From Octopus sinensis (Eukaryota), in NCBI RefSeq assembly GCF_006345805.1, contig NC_043010.1, forward strand, positions 37,448,001 to 37,512,000: DNA of 64,000 nucleotides, in the 5' to 3' direction. Positions within the stretch are counted from its first letter, which is position 1. Every line of letters starts with the position of its first letter. Position numbers and translations under genes: made by a program. Positions 13,904 through 26,659 of this stretch are shown here, one piece after another. The notes beneath the pieces were generated by a model. That model did no database searches, was not told the origin of the DNA, and saw nothing but the letters and a program-made list of their open reading frames with translations.

Positions 13904-14849
13904 TAAGAAATAAGCGAAACAGAGCGAAAGAAAGAAAAGAATAGTAGTTGTAGTAGTAGTAGTAGTGGTGGTGGTTGGCTATAGGTGTGATAGTAGTACT
14001 ACCAGCAGCAGCAGTAGTAGTAGTGGTTGTGATGGTGGTGGTAGTGGTAGTAGTAGTAGTAGTACCACAGCAAGCCGCCAATACGCGGCAGCGGTATTGA
14101 CAGTCGTTCTGTTTAGATTATAATTAAATTTCAAGAAAAGTGAAATGAAATGTTTTTAAAGAGAAATAAAATTTCAAGATGGTGGAGGTTGGAGGGGAGG
14201 GGTGAGGATTTGGCTTGTTTCCTTTCTTTCTTTCTTTTCTTTTTTCTTTCTTTCTTTCTTTCTTTTCTTTAATTTATATTTTATTATTTTGCCAAATGAC
14301 GCCACTTTAGTTGCAGCAGAAAATAGTAGAGAAATGGAGTAAAGTTAGGCAGAAAAAAATATAAAGATTACTTGATGATAATAATGAAAATAATGATGAT
14401 GATGATAACAACAACAACAACAAACAACAACAACAACAGCAACAACAACAACAATAACAATAACATAATAATAATAATATTAATAATAATAATAATTTGC
14501 ACTACTAGGCACTGCACACATCCTACGCAGAACACTTTCAATACAGTAACCATCAGAGCATCACAACAAATCACAGCACATACCCAAGGCACACAGAGCT
14601 GTGCTCGGTAGTGAAGTGAAAGCACGTTATGAAAATAAAACGTTGCTTTTATTTCCCTATATAGCGATGTTGAATCTTCGTTTTGCCAACTAAGAGGAAT
14701 ATGACTTCGCTGGGGCGGTTTAATAAGGCGGGAATATATCTGTAGCTGAATGATAATAATAATAATAACAATAATAATAATAATAATAACAACAACAACA
14801 ACGATAATGATGATGATAATAATAATTATAATAACAATAATGATTACTA

Positions 14850-14886
<37 letters not shown>

Positions 14887-14893
14887 GTAATAA

Positions 14894-15047
14894 TACGCGC
14901 ACATATGGTTGTGATGCATGTGCCTGGTGTACCCTTATCAGACGGGTAGTCATGATGGGTATATTGGGCTTCGTATATTTTACCCCAATATCACTTTGAT
15001 GGCATGAACTGCTCTCTCACTCAATAATAATAATAATAATAATAATA
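14894..15047 (+). mobile_element. Short LINE 3' end with (TAA)n tail
   Basis: Near-identical copy at 34659-34783; both sit in (AAT)n tracts. Confidence 0.65.
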
Positions 15048-15054
15048 AAAGATA

Positions 15055-15305
15055 GTGCTTATGGGAACTGCTCATATCCTACACAAAATACTTTCTATGT
15101 AATCTCAAGTTTTAAGACAAACAATTTTCGTATGGTTTTTTAGGCATTCACTAGTACAACACTAAATACAAAACCAAATATATGGCACCCTAGGCATAAC
15201 ACCAACACGAACTTCCAACCTGTTTTCTCTTGAGGTCTCTGGGTGAGACTTGGAGCCAGCTTGTGCAAATGTAAAGCAAAAGTCAAACATGGAATAATAA
15301 TAATA
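15055..15305 (+). mobile_element. 3' end of restriction-like-endonuclease LINE
   Basis: MGTAHILHKILSM* C-terminal motif, 3' UTR and (AAT)n tail. Confidence 0.6.
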
Positions 15306-15414
15306 AAAGGGAAAATAAAGGAAGAAGTACAAAAAAGGACATGAAGAATTACACAAGAAGAGACTACACAATCAATTCCATGTAATCACAACAGAAGTTG
15401 CTGCAAAAAATAGG

Positions 15415-16651
15415 TAGGGTTGGCTGATGAAAGGAACCCTAAAAAAGCAGACCGAAAGCACAAGGACCAAGCTTTGGTCACGAACCGGAGGACCAACCTT
15501 AGGAATGAGCAAGTGTCTCCGCTGTGCCGCATCTGCAATAATGTGGATGAAACCATTGCCCATATCGCGAACGAATGTGCTAGACTTGCCCCAAACCACT
15601 ACAAGTTGTGGCGACACGACCAGGTAGCGAAAGTGCTACATTGGAAACTGTGCGAAAAGTGGGGGCTAGAGAGAGGCAAGATGTGATATGAGCACAGACC
15701 GATGAGAGTGATAGAGTCGAAGACTAGCAAAATCCTCTGGGATTTCCCAATCCATCCAGATCAGGTGCTAGAGCATATCAGACCGGACCTAGTGGTGGTG
15801 GACAAGCGATATAGTTGATGTTGCACGCCCCTTTGACCCACGAATAGTCAAGAAGGAAGGCGAAAAGATACTTGTGGCGACATTCACCCTGGGCGGATTG
15901 AGTCGGCTTCTTCTACCATCCTCGAGGCATCTCGAACCATGGCAGCCCATGCACGACGGTCCTGCGCCAGTTCATTGGAGATAGCGAGCCAGTCACGGTT
16001 CCATCGGCGCAGACCGATGTTGCTATTGTATTCGCCATTGAGAATTCATGGAAGAAGTTTCGTGGGAATGTGTGGATTTCACAAGCAGTCCCAAACAATC
16101 CCGCATGTAGAGACATCCTGTTTGCCGCAGATTGTCCGCAGATGCAGGGACAGAACGACCAAGGAGCCGCCTGTTGCCGAAACAGACACTCCGAGGATTT
16201 TCACCCGGGTTGTGACCCTAATACCACTCGGTGTCAGACCAATCCGCCTTGGGTGGCCCTACCAGGTACCGAAGTTCCCGACGGCATAGCTCTGACACTA
16301 CCCGTTGCCAGCGTCCCCACCACGGTGAGGAGGGGATGGACTTTGGGGACGCTGGCGAAAAGATAGATAAATACAACCCTCTTAAGTACGAAATAGTCCG
16401 GTTATGGAAAAATGAAGAAGGTGAAGATAGTGCCAATTATTATTGTGTCATTGAGAACAGTATCAGAAGACATCACAAGGAAATTGGAATAGAGTGTCCA
16501 GTAGAACTGCTAAAAGACTTTTGCCTCCTTGGCACGGCCAGAATAATCAGAGAAGTATTAGAGAGCTGAAAAGAACGAATAGCCTAGGAACGTAGGCTAA
16601 AGACAGCAAGCCCGCTACTTATGCAAGACTCCAGGAATTCCAACAAAACCC

Positions 16652-16696
<45 letters not shown>

Positions 16697-16720
16697 TAAT
16701 AATAATAATAATAATAATAA
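15415..16720 (+). mobile_element. 5'-truncated RLE-type non-LTR retrotransposon (R4/NeSL-like), interrupted
   Basis: CCHC knuckle CRIC..ETIAHIANEC, RHDQVA, ILWDFPI, RPDLVVVD, KY.PL, LLGTARII C-terminus, (TAA)n tail; split by the insertion at 15871-16353. Confidence 0.85.
15871..16353 (-). mobile_element. Short bipartite RTE-derived retroelement
   Basis: 12-bp TSD GGCGAAAAGATA (15859-15870 and 16354-16365); 3' part encodes an RTE-type C-terminus RRWNRDW..ELAQDRRAWAAMVRD..RPG*; GC-rich structured 5' part. Confidence 0.8.
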
Positions 16721-17170
16721 GGCATAAGGCCTTGAAAATTTTGGGAGGAAGGGGGCTAGTCGATTACATCGACCCCAGTGCGTAACTGGTACCAATTTCA
16801 TCGATTTTGAAGGGAAGAAAGGCAAAGTCGAACTTGGTGGAATTTGAACTCAGAACGTAGCGACAGACGAAATACCTATTTCTTTACTATCCACAAGGGA
16901 CTAAACACAGAGAGGACAATCAAGGGCAGACAAATGGATTAAGTCGATTGTATCGACCCCAGTGTATAACTGGTACTTATTTAACCGACCCCGAAAGGAT
17001 GAAAGGCAAAGAAATTTGAAAAGTTAACACGAAACCGGTAATTTCTTCAAAAACTTTGTTACTGTATGAAAAAAGTTGACCTCGGCGGAATTTGAACTCA
17101 GAACGTAACGGCAGACGAAATTCCGCTAAGCATTTCATCCGGAGAGCTAACGATTCTAACCAGCCCACCG
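16720..17170 (-). mobile_element. Two adjacent SINE copies (GTCGACTTTGCCTTTCATCCTTTCGGGGTCG core family)
   Basis: Same core recurs at about 34085, 34990, 35945, 39135, 45790, 53325, 53516, 54760, 58440, 58965 and 63915; resembles the recalled Sauria/Meta-type SINE box. Confidence 0.8.
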
Positions 17171-17172
17171 TT

Positions 17173-17253
<81 letters not shown>

Positions 17254-17839
17254 TAATAATAATAATAAATCACACGTATTGAGAAGAGCATTGTCGATGT
17301 GAGAACTGTTGCTGCTCATGTATTTTAATTTAACTTTTAAAAAAAAAAAAAAAATGAACGAACTACTGAGTTTGGTTTAATGGCCTACTATGAGTTTCTT
17401 TGCCCTAGGAGTCGGGAAGACACTCGGCAAGAAATGGAAGCAAATTTGAAAGAAGAAAAAAAAAGTAATAATAATAATAATAATAATGTTAATTAGAGTT
17501 CCTTCGTTTATTTATGTAGAAGTACAAAAAAATCTTCAAATTTCTAAGGAAATGAAATGAAATGAAATGGAATGAAATAAAATGCCAAAAAATATACTAG
17601 AATATTTACGTTATTACATTTAAGAAATTTTCGTCTGGCACAAGCTTTCTCGAGTGCTTCACCAAAAATTCTTAAATGTAATAACATGAATATTATTTTT
17701 TGTTTTACTCTATTTCATTCTTATTTTATGTTATCTAATTCCATTTCATTTCCTTGGAAATTTGAATAATTTCTGTACCTGTGCATAAATAAGAACAATT
17801 CCTTCATTTTTTTCTAACTAACCTTATCATTATTGCCAA

Positions 17840-19260
<1,421 letters not shown>

Positions 19261-19743
19261 TTTACCAGAAGAAAAGAAATCGCTAAAAATTAATATCAAC
19301 AAATTGATAATTTGTATTTTAATAATGTGTTGACTTTATACACAGCCATATATACCATATATACATATACACACACACACACACTCGTAGTCACTCTTAC
19401 TCTCTCTCTCCCACGCACACACAAACATACACACACACAAGAGGGTTTTATATATATATATATTCTTTTATTTGTTGCAGTCATTTTTGACTGCGGCCAT
19501 GCTGGAGCACCGTCCCCAGGACTTATTGTTTGTAAGCCTAGCATTTATTCTATCGACCTCTTTTGCCGAACCACTCATTTACAGGGACGTAAACACCCCA
19601 ACATCGGTTGTCAAGCGATGGTGAGGGGACAAACACAGATACACAAACATACACACACACACACGGATATATATATATTCTTTTATACATATATATATAT
19701 ATATGTATGTATAAAAGAAACCCGTCATATATATATATATATA

Positions 19744-20206
19744 CCGTAAATCCTCGAGTATAATCCGCATTTTTTTCCCCAAATTTAAGTAATGTCCGAA
19801 TCTCTATTTACTGTCCGGCAATATTTATTCAGACGCATTTTGTGATGTCGGGCGCGAAAATACCTTAAGCTAAGCCCGAAACCAATGAAGTCATAAACAA
19901 TCATCCATAACTTGCAGTAAGCAACATTTATTAAAATAAAAGTATTCAGAACACAGAATAACATGTAACAAAAACAATTTGCAAACATATTTACATTCCC
20001 ATATAACAGTTAAGAACATCACCATTATTGTATTACGCACGCGCGGAAGTGTTTGTTCGACTAGGTGCTGCTGGCCTAATTACGCACGACTCAAATTAGA
20101 GAAGGGATGCGTATTATACACAAGGTTTAGGTTTTTCAGAGCTACAGCCCCCTAAAAATCCCCTGCTTATTATACTCAAGGGAGGACTATACTCGAGGAT
20201 TTACGG
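19744..20206. mobile_element. pogo/Tc1-type MITE
   Basis: TIRs CCGTAAATCCTCGAGTATA at both ends; TA on the left flank. Confidence 0.8.
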
Positions 20207-20209
20207 CAT

Positions 20210-20248
<39 letters not shown>

Positions 20249-20490
20249 CATACATACTAATATAGGATGAAGCTTTTTTTTTACAGAAAAAAAATTTCAT
20301 CAAAAAATGTGACAGCATGTTAAAATACCTTTAAGGTTAAAATTATAAACAACTTATAAACAAGGGTTAAAGAAAATTATTTCTATGCCAATATGCTGAT
20401 AACAGACTATTAAATCGTCGATTTCCACATATTATTTACTCGCTACAGAAAACACGTAGAGCTGAAATCGAGGAAAGCTGACTAAATATG

Positions 20491-20575
<85 letters not shown>

Positions 20576-20709
20576 AAACATAATTAAAAAGGGTAATAAC
20601 ATAAGTTATTATTACCAGTGGCCTAGCACCAAAGACGAATTAGTCATTAGACAAATATTATTCATATAGAAATATTATATTTCTATATATACATATATAA
20701 TTATATATA

Positions 20710-20742
<33 letters not shown>

Positions 20743-20770
20743 GTGTATAATATATATATATATATATATT

Positions 20771-22545
20771 ATATTAAATTAGAGATAAAACCACTATTAG
20801 GCAAATCAAACAATGAAAAACATAAGCCAATACATAAAATTAATTAATATATATTATTTTAAATATATATCAAAAGTATTAAAAGTTTAATAAAAGATAA
20901 AGAGTAAAACACTACGATCGTTTCATAGCTGTATTTATGTATACGTATGTATAGTTATACTACAAATTTTGATAAGTATTTATAAATTTGGTTATGATCA
21001 CTAATTTTAGCTTATAATTATAAGGGGAAAGACTTTATAGTATGTTGAGGGGTTACTATATAAATAAATTTTTTTTTATATATTTATTAATCATATAAGA
21101 TTTTTAGAATATATTCAATAATTAGTGGTTTTTAATCATTTACATCATTTAATGTATTTTGTACTAAGTATTATTTATCATAGTTATTTTATTAACAAAT
21201 ATTATAGTATAGAGAGATTTTATTCTTTATTTGTGACTTCATTCTATTTACAATGATAAACCAATAATTTTTCCATTCACAATCTCATTAATAAAGCGTA
21301 GGTTCCTCACGCGTAATGAATTCTTCAACAATTTATTTTTTTTGCTAATAACGTAATTCCACGAGTATTCTTATAAACGCTGTAAAGACGTTTTCCGATT
21401 CAAAATTTTAGTTCATTGCTAAACCTCGCTAAGATAAGTATGGATTTATTTAAGATCTTCAAATTGTAAATTTTAATATTGTATAAGTCTTTGGAGTAAT
21501 AATATTTTCCTTATGTAAATATCGTTGTATATGTAATGATCTAATTATCGTAATTTTCTATATTGTTAGATATTAAATTTAAGTTTATTCGTAAGATACT
21601 ACTTAGCGATATATTTGTTATTTGATAGCAAGCATACGAGGTGTATTAAGTTAGGCTTTTGTATATGCATGTTTTAATAGTATTAATTGTAGTTTTAAAT
21701 TTATAATTAAATTAGATAAACTTTGATAAACTTAGATATGTTTCGACTAAAGATTGGTCCAGGCCATGTCTAATTTAATAGCATAACTTAGTTATTTCTT
21801 TAAATTGATATTCGCTAGTTATTCCCATTGATAATTATATTTATAGTATTTATTCGATACTATATTACTACGAATTGATTATTTCTATAAGTATTTTACA
21901 TAAGATTTCCGAAAGTTCGTTTAAGTTTGTTTATTTGTATTTTGAAATTAGCTATTTCATCTTTAAATATGAAAAATTAAATTTATTAGGTTTTTATTAT
22001 ATGTGCATATATATTTATTTATAGAGATTATTTTAGATCTTAATTATAATATTTATATACATTTATATATTTTCATTGATAATTTATATATATTAGTCAT
22101 TTTTAAATATTTATGTAATTAGATATAGACTAATACAGATATTAGATTATTGATGGGTTTCCTACCTTATAAATTAAAATCAATATTTAACATTATAGTC
22201 GATTTTGATATAATCATAATTGTTAAGTTTTATGTTTCTAGTTTGATAATAGAGTTTATTATAAGTAAAATTATTATATTATTTATATCTTAAAAATATT
22301 GTTTAAATATTTCTGATTATATTTTAGATATTTCAATTACCTGAAGATTGACTGTAACCATAACCCGAATTATTACGAATTGTACAGCCATGAAACGATC
22401 GTAGTGTTTTACTCTTTATCTTTTATTAAACTTTTAATACTTTTGATATATATTTAAAATAATATATATTAATTAATTTTATGTATTGGCTCATGTTTTT
22501 CATTGTTTGATTTGCCTAATAGTGGTTTTATCTCTAATTTAATAT
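20771..22545 (+). mobile_element. AT-rich element with 163-bp inverted ends, probably Penelope-like
   Basis: Arms 20771-20933 and 22383-22545 differ at 2 positions; hammerhead core next to the right arm; flanked by (TA)n. Confidence 0.6.
22338..22406 (+). ncRNA. Minimal type I hammerhead ribozyme motif
   Basis: CTGAAGA 22341-47, stem II TGACTGTA/TACAGCCA, GAAAC 22392-96, palindromic stem III ACGATCGT, GTA cleavage triplet, 3-bp stem I TAC/GTG. Confidence 0.6.
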
Positions 22546-22796
22546 AATATAATATTTTACTATAAAATAGGATTTAATCCTAAATCTGATTTTTCCCTGT
22601 AAGTTTGGATTTATTCCCTAATATTTTATTATATATATATATATATATATATATACGACGGGCTTCTTTCAGATTCTGTCAACCATATCCACTCTCAAGG
22701 CTTTAGTCGCCTTGGGACTATATAAGAAGACACTTGCCCAAGGTACCACCTAGTGGGACTGAACCAGGTACCATGCGGTTGGGAAGCAATCTTATT

Positions 22797-22855
<59 letters not shown>

Positions 22856-23929
22856 AATTCAAATAAACGGATTAAAACGAAGAAGAAAAACAACAACAAA
22901 CCTGAGGATGTGCACAAGAAGTGTATTAGCCTGACCCTCGGTGAAGGGGGGTAGTTTAACGTTTCGAAATATCTAAGAAGTAAATCTTGCACATTTGCAA
23001 GAATTGTCTAGATTAATTTTCACTTCGAAGTTTGATTACTCAGGCAAGTATTAAACAAAAATTAATTTTACCTGGATTGGATGTTGAATTTTTTTTTTTA
23101 AAGTTAGTCCAAAACGTGTGACATACGTGTCAACTCACAAAATAACTTTTTTTTACCTGAAAGTATTAACAGCTAATATCCCCGAATTTATCAAGGGTGG
23201 CATAAAAAGCCTCGTAGTGTTTATTTACATTGCCCTTGAAATTTCAAAAAATGGTAATGAGCCTGCGGGACAACAATGTCTGTGGTTACAATTCTTATTT
23301 ACCTGGTATGACGTGCATGACAAAAATGGATACGACGTTTTCAAGACAAATATTTTCTATATCTTCCGAATTGTCTAGATCAAGAAGAAATTGTCCCGAT
23401 ATCTTGTTAAAAATTAACCATTTCAACATACCATTACAGAAAAATATTGTGATTGTTCTGGGCGTTCTGAAAAATTTTGAAAAGTTGTTTTTAGTTTAAC
23501 TTCCATGAGAACGACCCGGATAGAAAATCACTCAGTTACAGAGATTATTGACAGTCAAGGGAAAGCTGAACGCGGTCATGCATCACATCAGAGATCATTG
23601 ATTATCGGCCGATGTGAACGACTGAAACTGCTTCTAATCTAAAAATGGTAGGAGTCACACGCATTCATTCTTTTGAACTCTTTCTTACTTACGCACAATC
23701 TTCTGCTAGTTTCTTTTCTAGGAACCGACGCGTTCTGTTCAAATTTTTAAACAATAAAACAGATAATGGTTCCAAAACCAACGACTCTTCTCATTAATCC
23801 AACTTCCCAGTTTCTTCACTGTGCAAGAACTTGACTACATTTTTTTTATTATTGTTAAACCATTAAGACAAAAACAGCCTGATTGTCTGAAGTCAAGTGG
23901 TCAGCTGTTTACACGTAATTTCGCCTCAA

Positions 23930-23998
23930 CAGGCCGACCAAAGCCTTGTGAGTGGATTTGGTAGACGGAAACTGAAAGAAGTCCGTCGTATATATGTA

Positions 23999-24036
<38 letters not shown>

Positions 24037-24273
24037 CACACACACATATATATGTATGTACGTGTGTGTATATGTTTGTGTGTCTGTGTTTGCCCCCGCC
24101 CCAACATCGCTTGACAACCGATGCTGGTGTGTTTACGTCCCTCGTAACTTAGCGGTTCGGCAAAAAGAGAATAAGTAATAGGCTTACAAAGAATAAGTCC
24201 TGGGGTCGATTTGCTCGACTTAAAGGCGGTGCTCCAGCATGGCCACAGTGAAATGACTGAAAGAGAGTAAAGA
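23930..24273 (+). mobile_element. Abundant SINE (GGCCGACCAAAGCCTTGTGAGTGGATTTGGTAGACGG family), 5'-truncated
   Basis: Internal (TA)/(CA) tract and ..GAAAGAGAGTAAAGAG tail; many copies in the window. Confidence 0.82.
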
Positions 24274-25072
24274 GTAGGAAAGCATAGAGAAACGAACCAA
24301 CGTTTATAATGGTGATCCCATCGTTTAACAACAACCAACTAATCGTGAAATCACAGAAATGGTTCAACAAGGTGAAGTAAAAAGAAGAAAAAACTGAGAT
24401 AATCATGAAGAAAGTGACGAAGTAGAAGAAACCGTTTTTATAAATATATCCAGCTGACGAGAGATTTAATTAGAACAAGAAATGTTATTTATTTGATTTA
24501 TTTGATTAGAAGAAAATTAATTAAGGAAAAACCGAAGTAGCCGATGCAAACCACATTGTAACAGTGATCGATTAAAGTTAACACTGTCAGTCTTGACAAT
24601 GTAGAAAATCAATTTCCTTGAACCCCCTTTGGTCTTGATGCATCTTTTAACTATGGATCCCCAGATATCCCACTGGGCCCCGCATACTTGGCTGACCTAG
24701 ACCTTATTAACTTCTTAATTTTGTAGTGACGCCATCTGGAAGGCTCCTGCACGCATTCGCAGAGTTGGATTCTTCCGGGAGGCCTGCCGGAAGTTCCCTC
24801 ATGTGCAGAAAACTAGCGGCAGCACAATTTCCCTCGTATCGGCCTCTCTCAAACGCTGACAGCCGATCGTGTTTCAGCAGCTCTCTCAAGCTGCCACCTC
24901 GTGGCGTTGCTACGCTATGCTTGAACGGACAGGATTTAGCTCACTCCACTTGACTACTGTGACGAGCTCCTAGGCTGCCGATTCACCCCGAAAGAAGACT
25001 ATATATTGCGAATCCAGAAATAAAATATTTATGCTGTTGAAGTTAATCTCACTTAACTCATATACTCCTGTA

Positions 25073-25271
25073 CGAGGGGTTACAGAAAAGTTTCCTGGCC
25101 TTGAGTAAAAAAAAAAAATACAGGAGTATCAGTTAATTATGATATTATTCAACATATTCCATTCTTAGATTCACACACTTATTGCAGCGATCTTTTAGTT
25201 TCTCTAAGCCTTGTGAAAGAACTCGGAATGTTAGGCCTCCATACAGCCAGGAGCTTTTCAGCGCACCCTTG
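25073..25271. mobile_element. mariner-type MITE
   Basis: ta|CGAGGGG...CCCTTG|ta ends; same family as 38853 and 39301. Confidence 0.7.
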
Positions 25272-25297
25272 TACTTTTTAGCACTATATATCTACAT

Positions 25298-25498
25298 CAG
25301 TACTTTTCAAACTTTTTGCTCGAGCGGAACCCCAAGGAAACATTCCACTGGCTCGAGGAACCCCTGTGCAATAATTTAATAGTCTTATGCACACATATCT
25401 GCACAGGAGACTTAAAAATTACTGCCAATTTTAGCAATTTTGTAACTTCTTGCAGAACCCCTGCACTGTACTGGCGAAACCCTGGTTGAAAACCACTG
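25298..25498. mobile_element. hAT MITE
   Basis: CAGT..TTCAA / TTGAAAACCACTG termini with a perfect 8-bp TSD ATCTACAT. Confidence 0.85.
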
Positions 25499-25899
25499 AT
25501 CTACATAGTACGCTTTCTCGAGACGCGGTTTTCTGGCTTTCCACAGTATGATATGCACAATGCTTTTCTGAACTAATTCTGCTTTCGTAGCTAATGACGA
25601 ATTTTTACACGGCCTGATATCTGCGACACTAGATTAGTTAATCACTATTTTTCTATAGTGGAACCATGTGGTTGGGCAGCAAGCTTCTTACCACATAACC
25701 ACACTTTATTATATATATATATATAGCCAGATAACCGAAGAGATGTCGTGGATTCCCACTTCGGCATCTGAAACTCAGAGTTTTATCTTGACTATTGAGT
25801 AATGTAACATATTATTGTATAGATAAATTTCCTCTATTTACATACTATTGAGGTCTCTTTCTTTCTTTTGTTATCTTACCGTTTTACCAATATATATAT

Positions 25900-26645
25900 A
25901 TATAACAGCAAGGACGAATTGCTGCAGATGATACGCAAAGTGAAAGACATGAGTGCACTAAGTGACATATTCCTGAATGTAAAGAAGACAAAGATCTTGG
26001 TGGTGGATAAGTACAGGACAGACCAAGGTGACTTCACCGTAGACGGAGAGATGATTCAGGAAGTGAATGAGTTTGTGTACTTGGGATCAACAATCAGTAC
26101 CAGTGGATCAAGTACACCAGCGATATGGAGAAGGCTCGCGATAGCAAGACAAACGGTACAAGATATGGAGAACATCTGGAAGAGTCGTGGCGGGTCAATG
26201 CTGCTGAAGATAATGCTACTTCGGGTTGCCGCTTTCTCTATTGCGACGTACGGCTGCGAGTCGTGGACCATGTTGAAGGCAGACGAGAAGAGAGTGAACG
26301 CTTTTGAAATGTGGTGTTACCGCAGAATCTTTAGAGTGTTGTAGACGGAGAGAAGGACGAACAACTGGGTACCAGAAAAGCTCGGTTGCGAGATGACGCT
26401 TCGGTGAAACATCATGTAGCGGAAGCTACAGTTCTTTGGCCACGTCATGCGCCGTGAGGGACTTGAACGAACGATCATAACTGGCAAAGTGAACGGCAGA
26501 CCACCCACTTTTTGGCTGAAAGACATCGTAGCCACAGGATTGTACTTTCTTCTCAGCTGTCCATGGGGAAGAGGACAGGAGAAGGTGACAAGACATTGTG
26601 ATGACCACAGCATCGCATAGTGCGACATCTGACTAGGATGATGAT
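25900..26645 (+). pseudogene. RTE-clade LINE 3' fragment (RT thumb and C-terminus)
   Basis: LNVKKTK, F.YLGS, YGCESWT, AFEMWCYRR, FFGHVMRR, GRPP..W motifs with stops; (GAT)n tail. Confidence 0.88.
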
Positions 26646-26659
26646 GATATATATATATC

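Larger units (their letters stand above)
24722..25505 (+). mobile_element. Possible solo LTR hosting two MITEs
   Basis: TGTAG...CTACA termini, GC-rich interior, TATA-like and AATAAA motifs; no TSD found. Confidence 0.35.

Noticed and set aside
20934-22337. AT-rich interior read as a mitochondrial insertion or as a PLE reverse transcriptase (IKSLYT-like word on the minus strand near 21200)
   Set aside because: No recognisable mitochondrial gene, and all frames are full of stops; a single short word is expected by chance in such AT-rich DNA.
23050-23645. Possible decayed LTR integrase (HTCQ and SQGKAER words)
   Set aside because: Isolated words in different frames with no DDE spacing that I can verify.
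24726-24953. GC-rich ORF after a ttttgtag acceptor-like site as a host exon
   Set aside because: No partner exons or protein motif; better explained as the start of an LTR-like repeat.
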